Origin: a virus
Taxonomy: Duplodnaviria; Caudoviricetes
DNA length: 64,000 nt
Virus record (IMG/VR): IMGVR_UViG_3300036770_005357
Reading direction: 5' to 3' (one strand)
The notes beneath the pieces are model-generated. The model had not been told where the DNA came from. It searched no databases and saw only the letters and a program-made list of their open reading frames with translations. Numbering within the stretch: the first letter of the stretch is position 1; every line of letters begins with the position of its first letter. Positions 8,967-19,623 of this stretch are shown here, in pieces. A program made the translations under genes and the position numbers.

Positions 8967-9157
8967 ATAAACAATCAAACGCTATATTTTATTTAATTCT
9001 AACATTTATAATTGGATTTCTAACCACTTACATTATTACAAATGATGGAAAAGTAGTTACAATAGATAATTGCCAATATATCAAAACCTTTGGTGGAAGA
9101 GGTTTCTCATTAACCCATAAAGGTAATTGTACAAACAATATTCATCAAAACAAATGA
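8963..9157 (+). CDS. small membrane-anchored protein
   Basis: N-terminal hydrophobic helix; IDNCQYI...THKGNC.N..H pattern. Confidence 0.6.
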   Translation: MNKQSNAIFYLILTFIIGFLTTYIITNDGKVVTIDNCQYIKTFGGRGFSLTHKGNCTNNIHQNK

Positions 9158-9360
9158 ATAGAAAAGACTTTATAAAATCATTATTTGGTGTACCCGCTTT
9201 AATTTTAGCAAACAATACATCAAATATTTCTAGTAACAATACTGTTGCAAAAGATGTAGTATTTTATAATAAATTAAGTCTTGATTTAAAAGGGAATATT
9301 GGATTGGGTCCCAATCCGTCTTCTTATCCACTACATGTATATTATCCTAATGAAAACTAA
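9154..9360 (+). CDS. small protein with Tat-like N-terminus
   Basis: MNRKDFIKSLFGVPALILA; ATGA overlap with the previous stop. Confidence 0.5.
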   Translation: MNRKDFIKSLFGVPALILANNTSNISSNNTVAKDVVFYNKLSLDLKGNIGLGPNPSSYPLHVYYPNEN

Positions 9361-9361
9361 T

Positions 9362-9583
9362 ATGACTACAAAGTATTTAAGTGTATATCCTGAATGGCAT
9401 TGTAGAAGAAATGGAGGAGGATTATTTTTAGGAATAAGGATAATGTTTCCCCGCACTATTTGGCGCAATGATGCTTTAGGAATTGATGACACTTATAAAG
9501 CAATTACTTTGCAGTTAGGATTGATATTGTTTACTTTGCGCTTTGATTTAAAATATAATTACAAAAACATTACCGCTCAATAA
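9362..9583 (+). CDS. hypothetical protein
   Basis: ORF from MTTKYL in operon. Confidence 0.45.
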   Translation: MTTKYLSVYPEWHCRRNGGGLFLGIRIMFPRTIWRNDALGIDDTYKAITLQLGLILFTLRFDLKYNYKNITAQ

Positions 9584-9584
9584 T

Positions 9585-9926
9585 ATGACTAAATTGTATG
9601 TTAAATTAACTGCCAAACCTGATACTTGGTTTAAGGCCGGAACAGAAGTGTTTGATTATGATGAATATGGCAAACGAATTACGCTTGAGTCATACCACGA
9701 ATGGCTTAAATCTAAATCCATCTTAGTAAGAGGTATTCATATCTATGAAAATGGCGTTGAAGCTGAAGACGGTGAATTGTGCCGTATTGATGAATTTGAT
9801 ATTGAACTAACAGATAGTGAACGAGATATTCCGTGGCCTAAGCCATTAGATCCTCCAACTACTACTGCTGATGCAGAAGCCAGACAAAGAAGGTTTGAAG
9901 AGAATATCAGGCATATTCAAGGATAA
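9585..9926 (+). CDS. hypothetical protein
   Basis: 113-aa ORF. Confidence 0.55.
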   Translation: MTKLYVKLTAKPDTWFKAGTEVFDYDEYGKRITLESYHEWLKSKSILVRGIHIYENGVEAEDGELCRIDEFDIELTDSERDIPWPKPLDPPTTTADAEARQRRFEENIRHIQG

Positions 9927-9931
9927 ACTAA

Positions 9932-10282
9932 ATGACTGATAACCGCACATATTATTATGACATAAATGGTAAGATGGAGCCAGACTATGAAAGTATGGCG
10001 GCTTATTTATTGGATGAAGGTGTATTGTTTGTAACATCAGCAATTGATAGATGTAATCAAAAAGAGTGTTTGGGATTGTATATTTTAATCAATGATTACT
10101 TTGTTCCCGCTTCAGATGCTGAGTCTGTTACTTATGATGAATTGCCAAAACTATTTGAGATGTATAAAGAAAAACAATGGAATGGTGTGAGTAAATTTGT
10201 AGCAGATAAACGAGGTATTCCAGATCTTTCTTGGCGAGATAAAAATAGCGCATTTCAGAAAAAACTTGGGAATGATAAATAA
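9932..10282 (+). CDS. hypothetical protein
   Basis: 116-aa ORF. Confidence 0.55.
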   Translation: MTDNRTYYYDINGKMEPDYESMAAYLLDEGVLFVTSAIDRCNQKECLGLYILINDYFVPASDAESVTYDELPKLFEMYKEKQWNGVSKFVADKRGIPDLSWRDKNSAFQKKLGNDK

Positions 10283-10320
10283 TTTAGTCATAGTGGTTAT
10301 AGTCTATATTTATAGAATAT

Positions 10321-10902
10321 ATGATTAAGTTGACGGATATATTTAAAGAAATTATTGATTATGAATTTGTTTTGTGTAATAATAATCAATCATTGAATGA
10401 ATCTCCTGTAAGAGTTAATAGTATACCCACTGAATTATTTGCTAGTAATGGTTCAAATTATGAATATACCAAATACATCATAGAGAATGGAAAGTTGGTG
10501 GGTAATTATAAAGATTATAAAATATATCAGTTAGTTATTAACAATGAAATTATTGATATATTTATATATAACGAATTGGCTTACATATATTTCAAATATA
10601 AGTTAAATAATAATATTATACAAGAAATAACAATATGGCAAAATCCATTAACATTAGGATTGTTTAGAGATGTAATGTTTAATTACTATTTAGATAAGTT
10701 TGACGGCGTAATATCAGATGCAGTTCATTCAGTCAGTGGAGAAAATTATTGGAAAAAACTACTAAATAAAGCAAAAGAATCCGGTTTCAAAATATCTGTA
10801 TTAAGAGACAATTCAGTCAAAATTCCAATTGCCAATATCAATGATTTAGATAAATATAGACACTCAACATTATACAAATTTGTTATAGAAAAATCCAAAT
10901 AA
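10321..10902 (+). CDS. hypothetical protein with MIKL..I.KE N-terminus; possible degenerate GNAT-like C-terminal half
   Basis: MIKLTDIFKEII start; ISDAVHSVSGENYWKKL motif; TATTTATA at 10307-10314 upstream. Confidence 0.55.
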   Translation: MIKLTDIFKEIIDYEFVLCNNNQSLNESPVRVNSIPTELFASNGSNYEYTKYIIENGKLVGNYKDYKIYQLVINNEIIDIFIYNELAYIYFKYKLNNNIIQEITIWQNPLTLGLFRDVMFNYYLDKFDGVISDAVHSVSGENYWKKLLNKAKESGFKISVLRDNSVKIPIANINDLDKYRHSTLYKFVIEKSK

Positions 10903-10920
10903 AATTTTGCAAAAAAACTA

Positions 10921-10963
10921 TTGACTTTGTTATAAAGTGTGGGGTAAAGTGTGGGGTAAAGTG
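10921..10963 (+). promoter_or_regulatory. sigma70-type promoter carrying a 12-bp tandem duplication
   Basis: TTGACT-N18-TAAAGT; TAAAGTGTGGGG repeated at 10933, 10945 and partially at 10957. Confidence 0.7.
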
Positions 10964-10971
10964 AAGTTAAT

Positions 10972-11370
10972 ATGAATAACAATTTAAAATTTAGAATTTA
11001 TATTCCAGAATATAAAAGATTTGAGTATTTTGATTTGAATAATTTTGAGTTCTCGGATTTGAGTAAGTTTCATTATTCAGATAGAAATTTACATAGTAAA
11101 GAATATCCAATTCAACAATATGCAGTCTTGAATGATAAAAATGGTATACCGATTTACGAGGGTGACATACTATCTACCTATATGAATGATGTAGATACAA
11201 ACAAAAAAGGTGTTGTAACCCGTGCTATTAGTGGTGCCTATACTTGTATATACAATTACATTCCTAGTGACGAAGACAAATCAAAACTATTTACCCATTT
11301 TGTAATCAGTGTCGCCCACGAATCTGTTGTAGTTGGAAATATATTTGAAGATGCCGAACTATCAAAGTAA
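10972..11370 (+). CDS. YopX-like protein
   Basis: KFRIY ... QQYAVLNDKNGIPIYEGDIL ... VVGNIFEDAEL. Confidence 0.85.
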   Translation: MNNNLKFRIYIPEYKRFEYFDLNNFEFSDLSKFHYSDRNLHSKEYPIQQYAVLNDKNGIPIYEGDILSTYMNDVDTNKKGVVTRAISGAYTCIYNYIPSDEDKSKLFTHFVISVAHESVVVGNIFEDAELSK

Positions 11371-11371
11371 T

Positions 11372-11668
11372 ATGAATACTGATGAAATAATTGAAACATT
11401 GAGGCTGTTAAACAATAGATTACTTCAAATTGAGGAATATGTTAAAAAGCAAACGGAAATTCCAAAGAAGAATCTAAAGTCTCTAGAACAACATAATAAA
11501 GAATCATTAAGTAATTTTACCGCAATCAATCATCTCAACTCTGGCTTTGCTTGTCCAAAGTGTGGTGAAGAAATGTATTATTCTAATCCCGGTGTAGTAC
11601 TAGCTTCATATCCTCCTAAACGAAATGTTCGCTGTAACAATTGCAGTCATATGGATTATGTATACTAA
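11372..11668 (+). CDS. coiled-coil protein with C-terminal zinc ribbon
   Basis: CPKC ... CNNC. Confidence 0.6.
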   Translation: MNTDEIIETLRLLNNRLLQIEEYVKKQTEIPKKNLKSLEQHNKESLSNFTAINHLNSGFACPKCGEEMYYSNPGVVLASYPPKRNVRCNNCSHMDYVY

Positions 11669-11679
11669 TATTTTATAAT

Positions 11680-12006
11680 ATGATAAATTTATTTAAAAAA
11701 GAACAAAAAGCTAATGATCAAACTGTTGTCTGTAAAAACACTTCATACAATATAGCGTTATTGATAAATTATCGCAAGTGGAATTGTGAAGATAGAATGT
11801 CAACCTATAAAACTTTTCGTGATGGACTACTCACAACTGAAGAAGTGGATAAATCTAAAAAAGAATTTCAAGCAGTCATTCAAGATATTCATAACCAATT
11901 AAAAGATACAGCTAGTGAATATATTAGCATATACAATAATACTCTGTTAATTCATAGAAATAACTTTGTTGACGCGGGTGTATATGTAGAAATTATTAAT
12001 AATTAA
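11680..12006 (+). CDS. hypothetical protein
   Basis: ORF from MINLF. Confidence 0.5.
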   Translation: MINLFKKEQKANDQTVVCKNTSYNIALLINYRKWNCEDRMSTYKTFRDGLLTTEEVDKSKKEFQAVIQDIHNQLKDTASEYISIYNNTLLIHRNNFVDAGVYVEIINN

Positions 12007-12130
12007 ATGGAAACTCAACCTAATCTAATAGATATGTTACGAGACATTCGTAAAATTTACGAACAAATGCTTCTTGAAAATCAAGAACTTAAACTCAAAG
12101 TAACAGAACTAGAAACTAAATTATCAAATT

Positions 12131-12568
12131 ATGATAATAACATTCACAGGACAACCCAATAGTGGCAAAACCACTCTCAGCCAACAACTTACAGAATACC
12201 TCAAATTAAAAGGTCATACAGTAAATTGGATTGACGGTGATAACCTCCGTGAAATGGTCAAAAACTTTGATTACTCAGAAAGAGGTCGTAAACGAAATAT
12301 TGAAACAGCATACTCAATCGCTAAACTTTATAACAAAACAACTAATTATGTTGTCGTATCACTCGTATCGCCATTCAAATATCTACGAGAAAACCTAAAA
12401 AGTGATGCGTCAATCATAACAAAAGAAATATACCTACACTGTTCACGATTCAGAGAAGGTAAAATGGTTTCCTACTACGAACCGCCAACAAATAATTGCT
12501 TGACTATAGACACAGATAAGTCTAATATACCAGAATCACTAAAGCTAATCATAGATTATATCAGTTAA
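12131..12568 (+). CDS. cysC: adenylyl-sulfate (APS) kinase-like protein
   Basis: P-loop GQPNSGKTT, IDGDNLR, DYSERGRKRNI, SLVSPF, YEPP and IDT motifs. Confidence 0.8.
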   Translation: MIITFTGQPNSGKTTLSQQLTEYLKLKGHTVNWIDGDNLREMVKNFDYSERGRKRNIETAYSIAKLYNKTTNYVVVSLVSPFKYLRENLKSDASIITKEIYLHCSRFREGKMVSYYEPPTNNCLTIDTDKSNIPESLKLIIDYIS

Positions 12569-12717
12569 ATTGTGAAGAAATATGTAATGGAAGTTAATTT
12601 GCCTGTTGAAGTGTCTACCGAAGAAGCTGAAAAGCTCAAGGTACATCTTCAAGAATATTTGCGTAAACAAAACGATAAGATAAATGTTAAATTAATTACC
12701 GTCATAACCAATGACAA

Positions 12718-12915
12718 ATGAACACTCATGTTCCATATGCCATTAAATACAAATATCCACAATTTGAATTTAGAGGTAAACCAAAAATTATAAAAGATAG
12801 AACCATCATAGAAGCATATAACCCTACAACCGATATGAAGTTTCATTACAGTTTTGAAGAAGATTTCTTTTGGTTTGTTGGACAAATACCCGATTATAAA
12901 TTGCCTAAGTTATGA
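12718..12915 (+). CDS. hypothetical protein
   Basis: 65-aa ORF overlapping the next start. Confidence 0.5.
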   Translation: MNTHVPYAIKYKYPQFEFRGKPKIIKDRTIIEAYNPTTDMKFHYSFEEDFFWFVGQIPDYKLPKL

Positions 12916-13259
12916 ACGAACCTACTTTTGACAAAGACGGTTATCCCACAGAGGATACTATTAATAAAATTTCCACTTGGAAGATTGCAAATAAACAAGA
13001 TTTACTTGATTTGGTTGACTTTGCAAATCGTGCTTATCATAGTCACTATGGTAGTTGGTATATTATTGATGATTATAAAAAGTTGGAACCCTTTCATATT
13101 GAACCATTTAAAGCGCTTATTGTAAATACAGGCGGATGGAGTGGTAATGAAGAAATTATTGTTGCACTTGAGATGAACCATGTATTTTGGTCACTTGCAA
13201 GTGTAGCACAATTTAGAGGGGGAACATATATATTTACATTGGATGTACTAAATACTTAA
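12912..13259 (+). CDS. conserved phage hypothetical protein
   Basis: DGYPTED ... TGGWSGNEEII.AL...FW ... RGG pattern. Confidence 0.65.
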   Translation: MNEPTFDKDGYPTEDTINKISTWKIANKQDLLDLVDFANRAYHSHYGSWYIIDDYKKLEPFHIEPFKALIVNTGGWSGNEEIIVALEMNHVFWSLASVAQFRGGTYIFTLDVLNT

Positions 13260-13274
13260 TATTTATTATTAACT

Positions 13275-14051
13275 ATGTTTTCTTATATAATATCTTTATT
13301 TAAACGGTTACGATCTTCAAATAAAAATAAGGTTGATCAAATACTTTCACAAAATTCAAATGTCAAATCCGGATCTGTAGTTATTTTAGTACCGGTTGCA
13401 CATCATATTGAACCCGCTGTAGATGATGCCTTGAGAAAGTTGGAATCGTTTGGATATACAGTTTGGCGTAAATATGGTTGGTCAGCAATTGATCAGGGCA
13501 GATGTGCTATGGCACAAGAGGCTTTGGATCGAGGATTTGAACATTTATTTTGGATTGATGCGGATGTTGCTTTTTGGCCGTATGATGTGGAAAAGATTAT
13601 CAATCATAAACTTCAATTTGTAAGTGCTCCATATAGTGTTAAAGGATGGCCTGTATTAACTACACAATTTAAAGATAAAAATGTTAAATTAGGCGAAACT
13701 GGTGGTTTATATGAAGTAAACTATGCTGCTACTGGGTTTATGTATACACATCGTAGTGTATATGAAAAGATGGCTAAAGAACTAAAGATGGAAAAGGTAA
13801 AGATTTGGGGTGGTCAATATAATGTATATCCATATTTTTTCCCAATCTTAATTGACGGAGAATACCTTGGTGAGGACTTTGCTTTTTGTCATAGAGTAAA
13901 ACAAATAGGTATACCATTATACAGCGATACGCGTGTCAAATTATCTCACATAGGAAAATATTCATATAGTTATGAATTTCTCAATTCAGGAGTCAAAGAA
14001 GAGCCAACTAGTGTAGATTATGTTCAAAATGAAGATTTAAAGTTTAGTTAA
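13275..14051 (+). CDS. GT-A fold glycosyltransferase-like protein
   Basis: AIDQGR...FWIDADVAF (DxD), YAATGFM, GEDFAFC, HIG; paralog of 15078 and 27711. Confidence 0.75.
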   Translation: MFSYIISLFKRLRSSNKNKVDQILSQNSNVKSGSVVILVPVAHHIEPAVDDALRKLESFGYTVWRKYGWSAIDQGRCAMAQEALDRGFEHLFWIDADVAFWPYDVEKIINHKLQFVSAPYSVKGWPVLTTQFKDKNVKLGETGGLYEVNYAATGFMYTHRSVYEKMAKELKMEKVKIWGGQYNVYPYFFPILIDGEYLGEDFAFCHRVKQIGIPLYSDTRVKLSHIGKYSYSYEFLNSGVKEEPTSVDYVQNEDLKFS

Positions 14052-14170
14052 AATGTTATGAGACACGAAACTAAAATAAAATTAGCATTAGCTGGTTTTA
14101 TTTCCTTTTTTTTAATTAACTTGTATGTAATTATTAGACAACTGGTTACATACATATTTAGTTAATAAAA

Positions 14171-14425
14171 ATGAAGTCATATAAACATCAATTTACAGAT
14201 TGTACATTAACGGGTTATACAAATAAAACCCAATTTTATTCGTTTAAAGAACATCCCGAAATGATTCCTACATTTCCAAGCAGACAAGTGCTTGAAGATA
14301 TAAAGTCAAGTAAAATTGCTGGTGTTACTATTATTAAGTGTGGAAGATTTGGTGGTAATTGTGACAGTTTTAATGAAAAATGCATTGAACTTAGGAAAAA
14401 CGAATTGACTGTTCAAAAATTATAA
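14171..14425 (+). CDS. hypothetical protein
   Basis: 84-aa ORF. Confidence 0.5.
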   Translation: MKSYKHQFTDCTLTGYTNKTQFYSFKEHPEMIPTFPSRQVLEDIKSSKIAGVTIIKCGRFGGNCDSFNEKCIELRKNELTVQKL

Positions 14426-14439
14426 GTTAATATTTTATT

Positions 14440-15081
14440 ATGAATGTAAAACTTGTTGCGGTAACTTCACCGAAAATTGAGGGACTTAACAGTGCAGAAG
14501 ATATTGTGTCTTATTGTGCAAGAGTCAGTAATCCATCAAATCAGATGAATACTGAAACTGCTCCGAGACTTCTTAAATATTTAATCAAACATCAACATTG
14601 GAGTCCATTTGAAATGGCAAGTGTTACAGTTGAAATTGTCACAAGTAGAGCAATTGCAGCACAAATTCTAAGACACAGATCGTTCGCATTTCAAGAGTTC
14701 AGTCAACGATATAGTGTAGCTACAAAACTTGAAGACATTCAGTGGCGTCTACAAGGCAAAACCAATAGACAAGTCGGCGATGCTGAAGTTGATTTGTCAC
14801 CTGAAAAAATGGAATTGGTAAACAATGCACTAAATTCAAGTCTAACAGCATATGACGCTTTGATTGAAGCCGGTGTTGCTAAAGAGTGTGCTAGAATGGT
14901 ATTGCCATTGACTACTCAAACCACAATGTATATGACTGGTACGCTTCGTAGTTGGATTCATTATATTGAACTGAGAGCAAAAGAAGATACGCAGAAAGAA
15001 CATAGAGAAATTGCTGTGGGTATCAAAAATATATTCATTAAGGAATTTCCAGTTATCAGCGAAGCTTTGAGTTGGACATGA
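14440..15081 (+). CDS. thyX: FAD-dependent thymidylate synthase
   Basis: HWSPFEM, RHRSFAFQEFSQRY signature, ECARMVLP, LRSWIHY. Confidence 0.97.
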   Translation: MNVKLVAVTSPKIEGLNSAEDIVSYCARVSNPSNQMNTETAPRLLKYLIKHQHWSPFEMASVTVEIVTSRAIAAQILRHRSFAFQEFSQRYSVATKLEDIQWRLQGKTNRQVGDAEVDLSPEKMELVNNALNSSLTAYDALIEAGVAKECARMVLPLTTQTTMYMTGTLRSWIHYIELRAKEDTQKEHREIAVGIKNIFIKEFPVISEALSWT

Positions 15082-15812
15082 AAGTATATCTACCTATAAT
15101 TTGTTATAACAGAATGGTACACTCACAATTTATGATGAGTGTAATGGAAACTATTTTCAATACACAAAAGAAAGGTGTATCATTCTTAATTGATAACATT
15201 TATTTTGAAAGTTTAATTGCAAGAGCTAGAAATGCAGTTGCTTCTAATTTCATAAATAAGACCAACTGTGATTATATGATGTTTATTGATAGTGATATAT
15301 CATTTACAGCCGATGATTTTCTTAAACTTCTTGAAAGTGATAAACCACTGATTTCAGGATTATATCCCAAAAAATATATATCCACTTCAAAAGTTAAAGC
15401 TCTAGCATCTAAATCTACGATAACGAATAACTTTGAAGAGTTATGTACAGATTTTGCTACTGAGATTAGATTTAAGAAAGATCTAAAAAATATAGAAGAA
15501 GTAAAATATGCAGCTACGGGATTTATGTTGATTAAACGAGAAGTATTTAATCAAATAAAGAATAAGTTTCCGGAAGTAACTTATAAAAATGATATTGATG
15601 GTTATTCAGAATACGGCGAAGATCAGTATAATTTTTTTCCATGTCAAGTAAATCCTGAAACAAAAAAGTACGAAAGCGAAGACTATGGTTTTTGTAACTT
15701 ATATAGAAAAGCTGGTGGTACTATATATGCAAGAACCGATTGTAATTTGACTCACTATGGATGGAAAGGTTACAAAGGCAACATGTTGGAACAAAATAAA
15801 ATCTTTACATGA
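15078..15812 (+). CDS. GT-A fold glycosyltransferase-like protein
   Basis: ESLIARARN, MFIDSDISF, YAATGFMLIKR, SEDYGFC. Confidence 0.75.
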   Translation: MKVYLPIICYNRMVHSQFMMSVMETIFNTQKKGVSFLIDNIYFESLIARARNAVASNFINKTNCDYMMFIDSDISFTADDFLKLLESDKPLISGLYPKKYISTSKVKALASKSTITNNFEELCTDFATEIRFKKDLKNIEEVKYAATGFMLIKREVFNQIKNKFPEVTYKNDIDGYSEYGEDQYNFFPCQVNPETKKYESEDYGFCNLYRKAGGTIYARTDCNLTHYGWKGYKGNMLEQNKIFT

Positions 15813-15997
15813 AGAAGTATAAATATAGAGTAAAAATTCACAATGTAGAGTCAACCGACGAATTGGAAAAAATCATGAATGAATATGGTTCCGAGGGAGT
15901 TCGTGTGACTAAGGTAGATTTTATTGAATCTAAGATAATTAATGGTAGACAAACTGCTAGATATACATTATACTTAGAAGAGAAAATCAAAGAATGA
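15809..15997 (+). CDS. hypothetical protein
   Basis: 62-aa ORF with ATGA overlaps. Confidence 0.5.
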   Translation: MKKYKYRVKIHNVESTDELEKIMNEYGSEGVRVTKVDFIESKIINGRQTARYTLYLEEKIKE

Positions 15998-16380
15998 ATA
16001 AAGAAAAATATTATCTATTTCTGGATGACATTAGAAATCCAGAAGATGTGACTTGGGTATCATTGCCTAAAACTGAGTGGATTGTTGTACGAAATTATAA
16101 AGATTTTCGTAATGCTATTACAACCAAAGGCATACCAAGTTTTGTTGCTTATGACCATGATTTGTGTAATCAACACTATCAACCTGTTAAAGCATTAAAC
16201 CAACGCAACATAGATTATAACAAATATGTTGAAAAGACCGGATATGAGTGTTGCAAGTTTTTGGTAAATGAATGTATGAAAAGAGTCATTAAACATCCTG
16301 ATTTTGCAGTTCACAGCATGAATCCAGTTGGTGCAAAAAATATTATTAGTTATGTGGAATCGTATAATAACAGTTTCTGA
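15994..16380 (+). CDS. cyclic-phosphate-processing receiver-like domain protein
   Basis: LFLDDIRNP, YDHDL, TGYECCKFL, HSMNPVG motifs. Confidence 0.75.
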   Translation: MNKEKYYLFLDDIRNPEDVTWVSLPKTEWIVVRNYKDFRNAITTKGIPSFVAYDHDLCNQHYQPVKALNQRNIDYNKYVEKTGYECCKFLVNECMKRVIKHPDFAVHSMNPVGAKNIISYVESYNNSF

Positions 16381-16573
16381 TCGTATTATTGTAAATATAT
16401 ACAGTATACTACCAACGACAATATTATTGTTTATAGTATATTGGGCAATTGCTGCGCAAGTATTTGCATTCAGACATCCTTGGGCTACTAAAACAGAACA
16501 ATTCTTGTATACAAAAGAAGCGTTGTTATTTAGAACTGTATCCTATAAAGAGATGAGAGATTCATATAAATGA
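16328..16573 (+). CDS. small membrane protein (start uncertain)
   Basis: One hydrophobic helix followed by FAFRHPWAT. Confidence 0.4.
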   Translation: MVQKILLVMWNRIITVSDRIIVNIYSILPTTILLFIVYWAIAAQVFAFRHPWATKTEQFLYTKEALLFRTVSYKEMRDSYK

Positions 16574-16914
16574 AATTACTAATTGGTATAGTATTATTAA
16601 TATTTGTTTATATAATAGCTTGGCATCAATTATATGGTCAGTTTGTAGATAATTTTTATAAAAAGTATCAATTATACTTAATACTGTTAAGTGTGCCTTG
16701 TACATGGATATCAATATATGCTATTAGGTACATCACTGAACATTTTGAAGGTGAGATGTGGCCAAATAGAATATTGACATTCAGTATTGGTATAATAATG
16801 TTTACAATATTGACAACTATTTATTTCAATGAGAGGATTAATCTAAAAACAATAACCTTAATTGGTTTGAGTGGATTAATTGTTTTATTACAAGTTTTTT
16901 GGAAATATGAATAA
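16570..16914 (+). CDS. multi-pass small membrane protein
   Basis: Four hydrophobic segments. Confidence 0.65.
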   Translation: MKLLIGIVLLIFVYIIAWHQLYGQFVDNFYKKYQLYLILLSVPCTWISIYAIRYITEHFEGEMWPNRILTFSIGIIMFTILTTIYFNERINLKTITLIGLSGLIVLLQVFWKYE

Positions 16915-17101
16915 TACAATAATTAAAACAGATAATGATTTTGAGGTCACGCCGTTTGAAAAATGTATAGTTTGTGAGAAAGAAACAACTGTACCTAAAA
17001 ATCTTGATATAAATTATAGAGACAACTATATCGAGGGTGCGGGTCAACTTTGTAAAACTTGTTATGATAATGTAGATAATAGAAAATATATAAAACTATG
17101 A
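16907..17101 (+). CDS. small zinc-finger protein
   Basis: CIVC ... YIEGAGQLCKTC. Confidence 0.65.
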   Translation: MNNTIIKTDNDFEVTPFEKCIVCEKETTVPKNLDINYRDNYIEGAGQLCKTCYDNVDNRKYIKL

Positions 17102-17499
17102 GTGAATTAATTAAACCAAATGCTTTTGTATTTAAAGCACTAATTGAAAACGAATATAAATTGTGTCTCTGTCCTAGAGTTGATGGACAATGGAATGAAA
17201 AAGACATAGTTTTTATTAAAGATGAAAATGCTGCTAAAATGTTTGATGATGTACTTGACAATATTTTATTCAGCATTTTGTTTGTAGGTTATGAAGAAGA
17301 TCCTACGGGTGTAGGTGGTATTAAAATATTAAATACTAATTCTAAATTTATGAGAAGTGATAAAGATACTTCACAAAATCTTTATCAACGAGGAATATTT
17401 TTTAGTACAGTAGAGAAAGGATATCAACAATTCTATGAGCAATCAGAATCAAGCCGGGAAGGGCAGCAAGCCACGTCCGGTGAACAAGAATCAGTATAA
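17098..17499 (+). CDS. hypothetical protein
   Basis: 133-aa ORF; last 65 nt overlap the next small gene. Confidence 0.55.
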   Translation: MSELIKPNAFVFKALIENEYKLCLCPRVDGQWNEKDIVFIKDENAAKMFDDVLDNILFSILFVGYEEDPTGVGGIKILNTNSKFMRSDKDTSQNLYQRGIFFSTVEKGYQQFYEQSESSREGQQATSGEQESV

Positions 17500-17584
17500 T
17501 AAAAACTTTGATTCAATTAACTGGGGAAAACCTAAGACAAAAGATAAAGAGTTAGAAAGTAGAATCAAAGCTCACGAACAATAA
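17435..17584 (+). CDS. small basic phage protein (GKGSKPRP family), missed by the ORF track
   Basis: MSNQNQAGKGSKPRPVNKNQYNKNFDSINWGKPKTKDKELESRIKAHEQ*; ends just before the terminator. Confidence 0.6.
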   Translation: MSNQNQAGKGSKPRPVNKNQYNKNFDSINWGKPKTKDKELESRIKAHEQ

Positions 17585-17588
17585 ATAA

Positions 17589-17619
17589 ACCGCCAACAAT
17601 TAAGTTGGCGGTCTTTTTG
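17589..17619. terminator. intrinsic terminator at the convergence of the + operon and amtB
   Basis: ACCGCCAAC-AATTAA-GTTGGCGGT followed by CTTTTTG, A-rich on the other side. Confidence 0.85.
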
Positions 17620-17635
17620 TTATTATATATGTTAA

Positions 17636-19431
<1,796 letters not shown>

Positions 19432-19584
19432 TTATCCTTTCTTTTTTCAGATGAAACAATATGATGTAACATCTTTTATAACTAATGTATAAGTTTTGTA
19501 TAACTTTTTATACGATCAAAATGCTCACCATAAAATAGACTGGTCAATTATCTACACTACAATTTGGTTAAATTTATACAGTAC

Positions 19585-19613
19585 TTGACAATATTTAAAA
19601 GATGTGATATAGT
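19585..19613 (+). promoter_or_regulatory. sigma70-type promoter
   Basis: TTGACA-N17-TATAGT with TG extension, 10 nt before ATG 19624. Confidence 0.8.
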
Positions 19614-19623
19614 TATACAAACC

